Source of the DNA: an uncultured Rikenellaceae bacterium
GTDB lineage: Bacteria; Bacteroidota; Bacteroidia; Bacteroidales; VadinHA17
Length of the DNA stretch: 64,000 nucleotides
Assembly: GCA_964596715.1 (NCBI GenBank)
Contig: CAZQVL010000005.1
Span: 10,142 to 74,141 of the forward strand
Direction of reading: 5' to 3'
Position numbers and translations under genes: made by a program. Below are positions 10,457 to 18,814 of this stretch, in pieces. How positions within the stretch are numbered: the stretch's first letter is position 1; each line of letters starts with the position of its first letter. The notes beneath the pieces were generated by a model. The model saw only the letters and a program-made list of their open reading frames with translations, did not search any database and was not told the origin of the DNA.

Positions 10457-10663
10457 CTATTTTCGTTTGTAACTTTTAATCAGCTTTTTCTGATAATGGG
10501 GTGAGAAGAAATATCTGTTCCTCCCAAGCTGGCTTGTATTAACTCGCGAAGATTTACGTCTTTTTTTTAGATACGGGTTCTTTCTAGTGGATGCACAGGC
10601 TGTAAATAAGGCAATTAAGATGAAAATTAAAAAAATTTTTAATATCCTGAATAATTTTGACAT
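10457..10663 (-). CDS. small, highly basic putative lipoprotein
   Basis: 68 aa. Signal peptide with LFTAC lipobox-like site followed by a Lys/Arg-rich tail. Sits in the gap between convergent or divergent neighbours. Confidence 0.4.
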   Translation of the reverse strand: MSKLFRILKIFLIFILIALFTACASTRKNPYLKKRRKSSRVNTSQLGRNRYFFSPHYQKKLIKSYKRK

Positions 10664-10842
10664 TAGTACATTTACTTTTATAAGATCGTCAAAATTACAA
10701 TTTTTTAATTGTTGAACGAAAAAATATTGTTACAATTATCAAATCGTAAAGTAATTACTCCAGCCACATACCAAAAACAATTTTTTAAATGCCTGGTAAG
10801 TTATATATTGCGAAATAAAAGAGGTTTAATATTTTGCTATCC

Positions 10843-13656
10843 ATGAATTATACACGGCCAATTATCCGTTTATTCGCAGTTTTCTATACACTAATGATAC
10901 CTGTCCTATCGGAAGCCCAAACGCTCATGACCGTAAGTATTTCTGACAGAGCAGGATTAGGAACTGACTCCTTTGTTTTAACTGATAGTACATCCTTAAA
11001 CCTTATACGGAACAAACCTGTTATAAGTTTCCTGGTTGATGATAAAAATTATAATACATATAACACCGGTGCAATAAAAGATGAGGATGTTTATATACAG
11101 GTTTTTGATGAAAGGCTGAAGGTTATGTTTCAACCGTTTCCTGTTTCCTTAACAGGCTGGAAAGGAGAATTTATATTTGAGAATATATCCGGTGATACAG
11201 TTTCTGTAAGTAATATAGTTCCGTTTGGCACCGATAGCGATGCTATATATATTACAGGGCAGGGCCCCAGGAATCTTGCCAGAGCATGGCTGTTCCGCCC
11301 GGGATACCGGCCTGTACGTGTAATTCTTCCTGATAATGCATGGGAGCTGGGTTATTCATCCTTTAGTGCAAATGAAGATTTTTCAGTATGTGCAGTTACA
11401 CGACGCCAGAAAACTGAAGGCGGGCAGATACAAAGATATCAGACTCTCTTACCACCCGGAGCAAAGGTTTATTATTCAATTTATGCAGATGTTTTTAAGG
11501 GCGAATGGCAGAATGGATTGCGTATGATGTTCAGAGACAGGTATTTATATGACCTCGAGGAATTTGTTGATACACTTTTCGAACGTCCTGACCTTGCCTG
11601 GATTAAAGAGAGCTATCTGATAATTCTGCAAATGGCCTGGGACAGGCAGTTTTATGACAGGTTTACACGAAGATATACTTATGCGGAATTAATCAGGGAA
11701 GGAATAGAACTATTCGGAAATATTGATGTATTTGGGATATGGCCGACATGGCCACGCCTCGGACTGGACCAGAGGAACCAGTGGGATATGTACAGAAATC
11801 TGCCGGGAGGAACTTCCCAGTTAAGGAGTTTTGTAATAATGTCCCGTCAGGCCGGAACAAGGTTTTTCATTGCTTATAATCCCTGGGATAACAGTACCAG
11901 GTTGGAAGATCATTATAAAGGTATGGCATCTCTGATAGAGGAAACCGAAGCAGACGGCGTTGTTCTTGATACGAGAGGAAGCTCGAGTTTTGAACTGCAG
12001 GCTGCGGCTGACAGTATCCGAAGCGGAGTTGTAATGTATTCTGAGGGGATGGCTGTCCCGGGAGATATGCCGGGAATAATATCGGGACGTGTTCATAATG
12101 CCATTTACATGAGTCCCGAACTAAATCTGAACAAGCTGATAAAACCGGATTTTGCAATTTTCAGAGTCTGCGATGTGGGAGAGGATCGTATTCATCGCGA
12201 GATCGCGATAGCTTTTTTCAACGGTTACGGAACAGAGTTGAATATGTTCAGACCGGGAGGAAGGGATGAAGAATACAGGAATGATCTCGAATACCTTTCG
12301 CGAACCACGTTCATTCTCAGACAAAATAACGATGCATTCCTTGATAACGACTGGACTCCGCTTATCGAGACCACAGCGGATAATGTATTCGTAAATAAAT
12401 GGGAATCAGGAGAAAAGGTCATCTATACTGTTTTAAATATGAGACAGGAAGGATTAGAAGGACAATTGTTTAAGGTGGATAATAAAGAAGGAAAACACTA
12501 TGTCTCATTATGGAACCACGAAAATCTCACCCCTTTAACTGAGAATGGAACAGTTTATATTAATGCAAAAGCATCTGGTTGGCCCGCCTCATACTCTGGA
12601 ACAAGAAGGGAAGGATCAGTTGACTGTATTGCTGAGTTGCCGGATATTCTTCTATCGGAAATTACCGGTGATTCAATCAGGATTAATAGCACTGGAAAAG
12701 GAAATGTTCTGATCTGGAAAGGAAATCCCTCATACCAGACGGAGTATAAAGAATTCAGAATCGCAAATGATACGGTAATCAGGATAAAAGATATTTTTGG
12801 TTATTATGAGGGTAAGATTGTTCTGCAACTAATAGAAAATAAGAGATTAAGAGATGAGAACGTTTTGTTTCATAAAGGAGGTGCTCCCTGGATTATCAGC
12901 AGAGTGGAAAGAACTGAAAGGTCTTCCGGTATTCCTTCAGATATGGTTCTGATTCCTGGTTCACTTTTTACATTTAGTGTAACCACAAACGAGGATTTTA
13001 TTCCATATCCTGATATTTCTGGCAAAACTGTTAAGATCGACAGTTTCCTGATCGATAAATATCCTGTTACAAATGCCCAGTATTATGATTTTCTTGTCAA
13101 TACGGGTTACCGGCCTGCTGATACTTCAAATTATCTGAAACACTGGCAATACGGAATGTACAAGCAGGGTCAGGATAAGTATCCGGTCGTTTATGTAAGT
13201 TATGAAGATATTATGGCGTATGCCAGATGGGCAGGTAAGAGATTGCCAACACAGGCTGAGTGGCAGCTTGCCGCTCAGGGGCTGGATAACCGGCAGTGGC
13301 CATGGGGCAATGATTTTCACGGGACATACTGTAATAATGCATTTGACAGGCAGACACCCGTCGATGCATTCCCCAAAGGACAAAGTCCTTATGGTGTTAT
13401 GGATATGGTAGGTAATGTGTGGCAGCTAACCAATGATATGTACTTTAACGGAACAAATTACTTTATGATAATCCGCGGGGGCAGTTACTTCAAACCCGAT
13501 TCAAGCTGGTGGTATATACAGGGTGGTCCGCAGCCTCTTGACAAAACACAAATATTTCTGATGGTCTCACCAGGATTTGACAGAAGTGCGACAGTCGGTT
13601 TCAGATGTGTAAAAGATATTGCAAATAAGGATTTTGATAGCAGAAGAAGCAGATGA
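10843..13656 (+). CDS. secreted multidomain protein with C-terminal formylglycine-generating-enzyme (SUMF1/FGE-sulfatase) domain
   Basis: Signal peptide MNYTRPIIRLFAVFYTLMIPVLSEAQ. The ATG at 10843 is preferred over the TTG at 10834. C-terminal FGE motifs: YPVTNAQYYDF, PVVYVSYEDIMAYARWAGKRLPTQAEW, GNVWQLTND, RGGSY. Confidence 0.8.
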   Translation: MNYTRPIIRLFAVFYTLMIPVLSEAQTLMTVSISDRAGLGTDSFVLTDSTSLNLIRNKPVISFLVDDKNYNTYNTGAIKDEDVYIQVFDERLKVMFQPFPVSLTGWKGEFIFENISGDTVSVSNIVPFGTDSDAIYITGQGPRNLARAWLFRPGYRPVRVILPDNAWELGYSSFSANEDFSVCAVTRRQKTEGGQIQRYQTLLPPGAKVYYSIYADVFKGEWQNGLRMMFRDRYLYDLEEFVDTLFERPDLAWIKESYLIILQMAWDRQFYDRFTRRYTYAELIREGIELFGNIDVFGIWPTWPRLGLDQRNQWDMYRNLPGGTSQLRSFVIMSRQAGTRFFIAYNPWDNSTRLEDHYKGMASLIEETEADGVVLDTRGSSSFELQAAADSIRSGVVMYSEGMAVPGDMPGIISGRVHNAIYMSPELNLNKLIKPDFAIFRVCDVGEDRIHREIAIAFFNGYGTELNMFRPGGRDEEYRNDLEYLSRTTFILRQNNDAFLDNDWTPLIETTADNVFVNKWESGEKVIYTVLNMRQEGLEGQLFKVDNKEGKHYVSLWNHENLTPLTENGTVYINAKASGWPASYSGTRREGSVDCIAELPDILLSEITGDSIRINSTGKGNVLIWKGNPSYQTEYKEFRIANDTVIRIKDIFGYYEGKIVLQLIENKRLRDENVLFHKGGAPWIISRVERTERSSGIPSDMVLIPGSLFTFSVTTNEDFIPYPDISGKTVKIDSFLIDKYPVTNAQYYDFLVNTGYRPADTSNYLKHWQYGMYKQGQDKYPVVYVSYEDIMAYARWAGKRLPTQAEWQLAAQGLDNRQWPWGNDFHGTYCNNAFDRQTPVDAFPKGQSPYGVMDMVGNVWQLTNDMYFNGTNYFMIIRGGSYFKPDSSWWYIQGGPQPLDKTQIFLMVSPGFDRSATVGFRCVKDIANKDFDSRRSR

Positions 13657-13666
13657 AGGAGTGTGA

Positions 13667-14836
13667 TTATCCAATCCTAGTCGCTCCTTCACCTATCTCG
13701 GGCTGATAAAAGTCAGGTACCAGTCCGGTTTTTTCCTGATATACCGAAGCCAGGTTCTTAATAAATCCGGCAACATCATCATTTTTTACAATACTGACAG
13801 TGCATCCGCCGAATCCGGCGCCGGTCATACGAGTGCCTATCACACCGGGCAGCTTCCTCCCTTCATAAACCAGTGTATCGAGCTCAATACCGGTGACCTC
13901 ATAATCATCCTTAAGTGAATCGTGCGACAGGTTCATCAACTCTCCAAAACGTATTAAATCATCTTCTCTCAGTACTTTAACTGCTTCGGCAACTCTGTCG
14001 TTCTCGCTGATTACATGTCTGGCCCTTTTTAATACAACCGGATCTTTGATATGTTTTGGAAGCACTCCGAGTTCCTCTGTACTGAGTTCACTCAGGTTAC
14101 GAATTGGTTTATAAGCCTGAAGCAGCTCTACAGCCATGTCACATTCGCTGCGTCTCTCATTATATTTTGAATCGGTCAGACCTCTTCTTTTATTAGTGTT
14201 TGTAATAATAAGTGAGCAATTATTGAGATTAAGAGGAACATTTTCGTGGTAAAGTGTATCACAATTCAGGAAAATTGCATGGTCTTTTTTCGCGAAGCCA
14301 ACAGCAAACTGATCCATGATCCCGCAATTCATTCCAACAAACACATTCTCAGCCCTCTGACTCATTTTGACAAGTTCTAAAGTGCTTAAATCACTATTAA
14401 ACAGATCATTAATTGCAACTGCAGTAACCATTTCAATGGAAGCAGAGGAGGAGAGGCCGGCTTCGTTTGGAACATCCCCAAAATAGAGAAATTCAAGACC
14501 GGTAATTGTAATTTGTTTCCTGAGGAATTCATTTATTACTCCCAGAGGATAATTAATCCACTTCTTACTTTCATTTACGAAGAGCCCTTTTATCTCAACT
14601 TCCTCATCCTCATCAAAATTGAGTGTACTGAATATAAGTTTGTTTTCATTTATTTTCCGGATACAAAGGTATGTTCCGTAGTTAAGAGCACAGGGGAAAA
14701 CAAATCCTCCGTTGTAATCGGTATGTTCACCAATAAGGTTTACTCTGCCCGGTGAGAAAAAAAGAACAGGTTTTTCATCCCTGTTCCCATATTTTTCGAA
14801 AAACTTATTAACAAGGTCATTATTATCTATCATCAT
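13667..14836 (-). CDS. galK: galactokinase
   Basis: GRVNLIGEHTDYNGG galactokinase signature, GHMP motif GLSSSAS, and GAGFGGC. Confidence 0.92.
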   Translation of the reverse strand: MMIDNNDLVNKFFEKYGNRDEKPVLFFSPGRVNLIGEHTDYNGGFVFPCALNYGTYLCIRKINENKLIFSTLNFDEDEEVEIKGLFVNESKKWINYPLGVINEFLRKQITITGLEFLYFGDVPNEAGLSSSASIEMVTAVAINDLFNSDLSTLELVKMSQRAENVFVGMNCGIMDQFAVGFAKKDHAIFLNCDTLYHENVPLNLNNCSLIITNTNKRRGLTDSKYNERRSECDMAVELLQAYKPIRNLSELSTEELGVLPKHIKDPVVLKRARHVISENDRVAEAVKVLREDDLIRFGELMNLSHDSLKDDYEVTGIELDTLVYEGRKLPGVIGTRMTGAGFGGCTVSIVKNDDVAGFIKNLASVYQEKTGLVPDFYQPEIGEGATRIG

Positions 14837-14839
14837 ACT

Positions 14840-16270
14840 TTATACTTTTAGCTTTTTCTCAATTTCATTTATTTGGTTTCTGAAGTGTTTGTCAGTGTCG
14901 ATAAGATTATTCACAGTTTTGCACGCATGTAGAACAGTTGCATGGTCTTTTCCACCTATGTGTGTACCAATACTGGCCAGGGAGGCTTTTGTAAGGTTTT
15001 TGGAGAAGTACATTGAGACTTGCCGTGCCTGAACAATCTCTCTTTTTCTTGTTTTACCCTGGATTATATTAATAGGGATCTTATAATATTCACAAACAAT
15101 TTTCTGAATATAATCGATAGTTATTTCACGTCTTGATGTACTGACAAGTTTCTCAACCATCTGCCGGGCCAGATCGAGAGTGATTTCCTTACGGTTAAGG
15201 GTTGATTGAGCATAGAGGGAGATCAGCACTGCTTCGAGTTCCCGGATGTTATTGGAGATATTAATAGCAAGAAATTCGAATATTTCATCAGGTAATTCGA
15301 TTCCATCATTATAGGCTTTTTTCTTAAGTATTGCCAGTCTGGTTTCATAATCGGGTCTCTGAAGATCAGCCTGAAGGCCCCATTTGAATCTTGAAAGAAG
15401 CCTTTGTTCCATTCCCTGCAGTTCAACCGGAGGTCTGTCGCATGTGAGTATCAGCTGTTTTCCTGACTGGTGGAGATGGTTGAAAATATGAAAGAATGTA
15501 TCCTGAGTTTTTTCCTTTCCTGCGAATTCGTGAACATCATCAAGAATAAGCACATCGATCATCTGATAAAAATGGAGAAAGTCATTTTTATTATTGTTCC
15601 TTACAGATTCAACGAACTGAGTCTGAAACTTATTTGCGTTAACATAAAGAACTACTTTGTCGGGATGTTTTTCTTTGACGAGTATACCTATGGCTTGTGC
15701 AAGATGTGTTTTCCCAAGTCCGGAGTCGCCGTATATCATAAGTGGATTAAAGGCAGTTCCCCCGGGATTATTTCCGACTGCAATGCCGGCAGATCTTGCA
15801 AGTCTGTTACATTCACCTTCTACAAAGTTACTGAAGTTGTAGTCGGGATTGAGTTTCGGATCGAAATGGACTTTCTTTATTCCGGGGATAATAAACGGAT
15901 TTTTTATTGAAGGTTGAGTAACATCAAATGGCACCTGAACAGGTTTGTTATTAAGATCAGTTTTGTTTCTCGAAGGATAGCGCACAGTATAGGGTTTCCC
16001 ATCTGAGTAATTGGCATTCTCCATCACAACATTATATTCCAGTTTGGCGTCAGCTCCAATCTCACGCCTTAGGGTCTTTCTTAGAATATCAATATATTGT
16101 TCCTCGAGGTATTCATAAAAAAAAGGACTTGGTACCTGAATTGTTAAAACATTATTTTCAAGCTTTAGTGGAATAATAGGTTCAAACCATGTTTTGTAAC
16201 TGATGGAAGGAATAATGTCTTTGATTATCTGAAGACAGTTATTCCAGACATCATTGTGTGTTTTGTTCAT
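14840..16270 (-). CDS. dnaA: chromosomal replication initiator protein DnaA
   Basis: AAA+ Walker A GDSGLGKTHL, Walker B LILDDVH, and C-terminal DNA-binding helix GGKDHATVLHA. Confidence 0.95.
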   Translation of the reverse strand: MNKTHNDVWNNCLQIIKDIIPSISYKTWFEPIIPLKLENNVLTIQVPSPFFYEYLEEQYIDILRKTLRREIGADAKLEYNVVMENANYSDGKPYTVRYPSRNKTDLNNKPVQVPFDVTQPSIKNPFIIPGIKKVHFDPKLNPDYNFSNFVEGECNRLARSAGIAVGNNPGGTAFNPLMIYGDSGLGKTHLAQAIGILVKEKHPDKVVLYVNANKFQTQFVESVRNNNKNDFLHFYQMIDVLILDDVHEFAGKEKTQDTFFHIFNHLHQSGKQLILTCDRPPVELQGMEQRLLSRFKWGLQADLQRPDYETRLAILKKKAYNDGIELPDEIFEFLAINISNNIRELEAVLISLYAQSTLNRKEITLDLARQMVEKLVSTSRREITIDYIQKIVCEYYKIPINIIQGKTRKREIVQARQVSMYFSKNLTKASLASIGTHIGGKDHATVLHACKTVNNLIDTDKHFRNQINEIEKKLKV

Positions 16271-16612
16271 CGAGGTTAACTGTTATTAATTTTAAGATTC
16301 CGAGTCAAGCTTAATTAGGAAGCAATATTTGTAAAAAAAAAACTTAAAAAAAAAATTTTTTTTACTTGACTTTTTCAAAAAAAGTATATGTTTTTAACCA
16401 TCAATAACTTATAATTGTAATATTTTTTTACCATCATAATGAATTGATTATCAATAATATAATAATGATATTTCTGTTTTATCAGTGTATACCAATTCAT
16501 TATATTTTCGTAATCAAAATTCAACAAAGAGCTGTCAAAATAAGGACTATATTGTCATCAATTTTGTTTACCGAACAAAGATCAAGATAATCTGAATTTT
16601 AGAGAAATCCTA
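16271..16612. other. very AT-rich intergenic region upstream of dnaA; weak candidate for oriC/DNA-unwinding element and the dnaA promoter
   Basis: Contains A10-CTT-A10-T8 (16333-16363) forming a GTA8.../...T8AC inverted repeat. AT content is visibly far higher than in flanking DNA. No perfect TTATCCACA box was seen. Confidence 0.3.
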
Positions 16613-17563
16613 CTACTGAGATACATTTTTTCTGCCGAAAACGGAAAAGTGTACATATTTCTTCGGATTGGCTTTTAAATCCTGCAAAAGAAGGTCAAGA
16701 CTCATCAAACTGTTTGTCAGATTAACATAAAGTGAATCGTTGGTCATTAACTGTCCCGCGGTTCCGCGTCCGCCAGCAAGGCCCTCCAGTAATACTGAAG
16801 CCTTCTCAAGACTTTTCTTCAGGTTTGTTGCAGATTCATAGATATCAGCGGAAGCCAGAGTATCGGTAATGGATTCGATATTACTGAAAACATTATTCAT
16901 CTTTTCCGAATTTTCAGCCAGAATTCCTGTAAAGGTGTTGATATTATCAAGAGTCGCTTTAAGTTCAGCTTCTTTAGAAGCTATAACCTCTTCGAGACTT
17001 TGTATGGTACCATTAAAACCAGCCACGGTTTCGGCAAAATTCTTTTTGAATTCGGGATTGAAAATCTCATTGACAGAACTTATTACAGAATCAAAAGCAC
17101 TAATAAGATGAACCACTTTATCCTTTACAGGGTAAAGTTCATTTTCAATAATTTTAAGAATAGATTCCGCTAGCCTGCCTGGAATTGTATCTCCGTAATT
17201 ATAGGTTCCCGGACCATCCCCGTAAATGAACTGAACCTTCATCCCTGCAATTAAAGTCGCTGTGGTTATTTCAGCAACAGTATTTACAGGAAGTTTAAAA
17301 TTCTTGTCAACAGTAAGTGTAACAAGTAATCTGCCACTTGTAGCATCAATGAACCGGATAGACTGGACGACTCCAACCTGGTATCCGTTAACCTCCACCG
17401 GACTTGATTCAGCCAGACCACCTACCTTATTATATACTACATAGTACTGGGCTTTACTGCTGAAAAGATTTTTCCCTTTAAGATAATTGTAAAGCCAGAT
17501 AAATACCAGAATGGTTATCAAGGCAGTAATCCCGACTTTAATTTCATTTGAGATTTTTTTCAT
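16613..17563 (-). CDS. MlaD/MCE family protein
   Basis: N-terminal TM helix followed by an MCE domain (VGGLAESSPVEVNGYQVGVVQSI) and a coiled C-terminal region. Confidence 0.8.
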   Translation of the reverse strand: MKKISNEIKVGITALITILVFIWLYNYLKGKNLFSSKAQYYVVYNKVGGLAESSPVEVNGYQVGVVQSIRFIDATSGRLLVTLTVDKNFKLPVNTVAEITTATLIAGMKVQFIYGDGPGTYNYGDTIPGRLAESILKIIENELYPVKDKVVHLISAFDSVISSVNEIFNPEFKKNFAETVAGFNGTIQSLEEVIASKEAELKATLDNINTFTGILAENSEKMNNVFSNIESITDTLASADIYESATNLKKSLEKASVLLEGLAGGRGTAGQLMTNDSLYVNLTNSLMSLDLLLQDLKANPKKYVHFSVFGRKNVSQ

Positions 17564-17576
17564 TTGCTGGAGGGTT

Positions 17577-18734
17577 TTATTTTTTCTCGTTTTGTTCCAA
17601 AGCTTCCTGTAAAGGTACTATTTTGTTACCTTTTACTGCAATTACGAAAGCATCAGGATAAATGGCCTCAATGGTTTTTCTGTATATTACAGCCTCAGTG
17701 TAATCCTTAAAGTTGCCGGTAGTGTATTTATAACGATCATCATCCTTTATTTCTGTAACATCTTTTAATCCTGTAAAATTTTCAGAATTTAATTCTTTTG
17801 GTGCTGATGATGTTGCTATCTGAACCTTATATGATACTTCACCGGCATTTTCTGTAATCACAGTAGGATCATCACCTGATGGATTGCTGCTCTGGTTTCT
17901 CACTGCTGATATGCCGCTTTTTTTGTCTATTTCAGTTATGTAATCCCGGCAGGCCCTGAAGATTGCTGAAGCAATGTAATCCTGACCCTGGTTTGAGTTA
18001 AGGAACTTCTCTTCAGCAACATTGGTAATAAAACCAATTTCGGTAAGAACACTGGGCATAGTGGTCATGAAAAGTACCACGAATCCAGCCTGCTTGACGC
18101 CCCTGTCGATCCTGTTCACCCTTTCTTTATACTGACTCTGTATTTTGGAGGCCAGATCGGTACTTTGCGACAGATATATATTTTGAATGAGCGTAAACAT
18201 GATGTATGATTCCGGTGATTTCGGGTCAAATCCCTCATATTTGGTAGTATAATCATCTTCAAGGAGAATAACTTCATTCTCCTTCATTGCAACCTCAAGA
18301 TTCTCCTGGTCTTTGGCCAATCCCATTGCAAACGTCTCAGTACCATGAATACTCTTGTATTTCGCCCAGTTTACATGGATAGAGACAAAAAGGTCTGCCT
18401 TGTTCTTATTGGCAAATTCCGCTCTCTCCCAAATATCCATGAAAACATCATTTTTTCTTGTGTAAAGTACTTTTGCATTGCTTATATTCTTCTCAATGTA
18501 TTCACCTGTTTTTAAAGCTATTGGAAGAGTGATATTCTTTTCCTTGCTGTACGATCCGAGTGCTCCGGGGTCCCTTCCACCATGACCAGCATCAATGACT
18601 ATTACCCATTTCTTTTCATTTTCAAAAGCACGGGATATTCCCGGTAACATGAGTATGATAAACGAAAGAATAAGCAATTTGAATTTGAATATATTATTGG
18701 TATAAAGTTTGACGTTATAAATTCCTGTGCCCAT
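17577..18734 (-). CDS. N-acetylmuramoyl-L-alanine amidase with C-terminal SPOR-like domain
   Basis: Amidase_3 motifs VIDAGHGGRDPGA and SIHVNW. C-terminal YKVQIATSS ... YTTGNF resembles a SPOR repeat. Confidence 0.88.
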   Translation of the reverse strand: MGTGIYNVKLYTNNIFKFKLLILSFIILMLPGISRAFENEKKWVIVIDAGHGGRDPGALGSYSKEKNITLPIALKTGEYIEKNISNAKVLYTRKNDVFMDIWERAEFANKNKADLFVSIHVNWAKYKSIHGTETFAMGLAKDQENLEVAMKENEVILLEDDYTTKYEGFDPKSPESYIMFTLIQNIYLSQSTDLASKIQSQYKERVNRIDRGVKQAGFVVLFMTTMPSVLTEIGFITNVAEEKFLNSNQGQDYIASAIFRACRDYITEIDKKSGISAVRNQSSNPSGDDPTVITENAGEVSYKVQIATSSAPKELNSENFTGLKDVTEIKDDDRYKYTTGNFKDYTEAVIYRKTIEAIYPDAFVIAVKGNKIVPLQEALEQNEKK

Positions 18735-18797
18735 ATTTGGTTTATGTTTTTTTAATTAGTTTTACCACTGACATCTCGACGTCACGCAAAAACTATA

Positions 18798-18805
18798 CAA
18801 AATTA
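18798..18805 (-). promoter_or_regulatory. candidate -7 element (TAATTTTG on minus strand) for the amidase-mlaD genes
   Basis: Plus strand reads CAAAATTA, 64-71 nt upstream of the amidase ATG at 18734. Confidence 0.35.
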
Positions 18806-18814
18806 GTATTTAAG

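Noticed and set aside
15470-15910. 146-aa ORF antisense to dnaA; similar antisense ORFs at 37264-37695, 49040-49453, 51873-52193 and 55345-55743
   Set aside because: All lie inside, and antisense to, well-supported genes and show no recognisable motifs.
16271-16612. Confident oriC call with DnaA-box cluster
   Set aside because: No perfect or 8/9 TTATCCACA/TGTGGATAA match was seen by eye, only 7/9-type matches. It is retained only as a low-confidence AT-rich DUE and dnaA promoter region.
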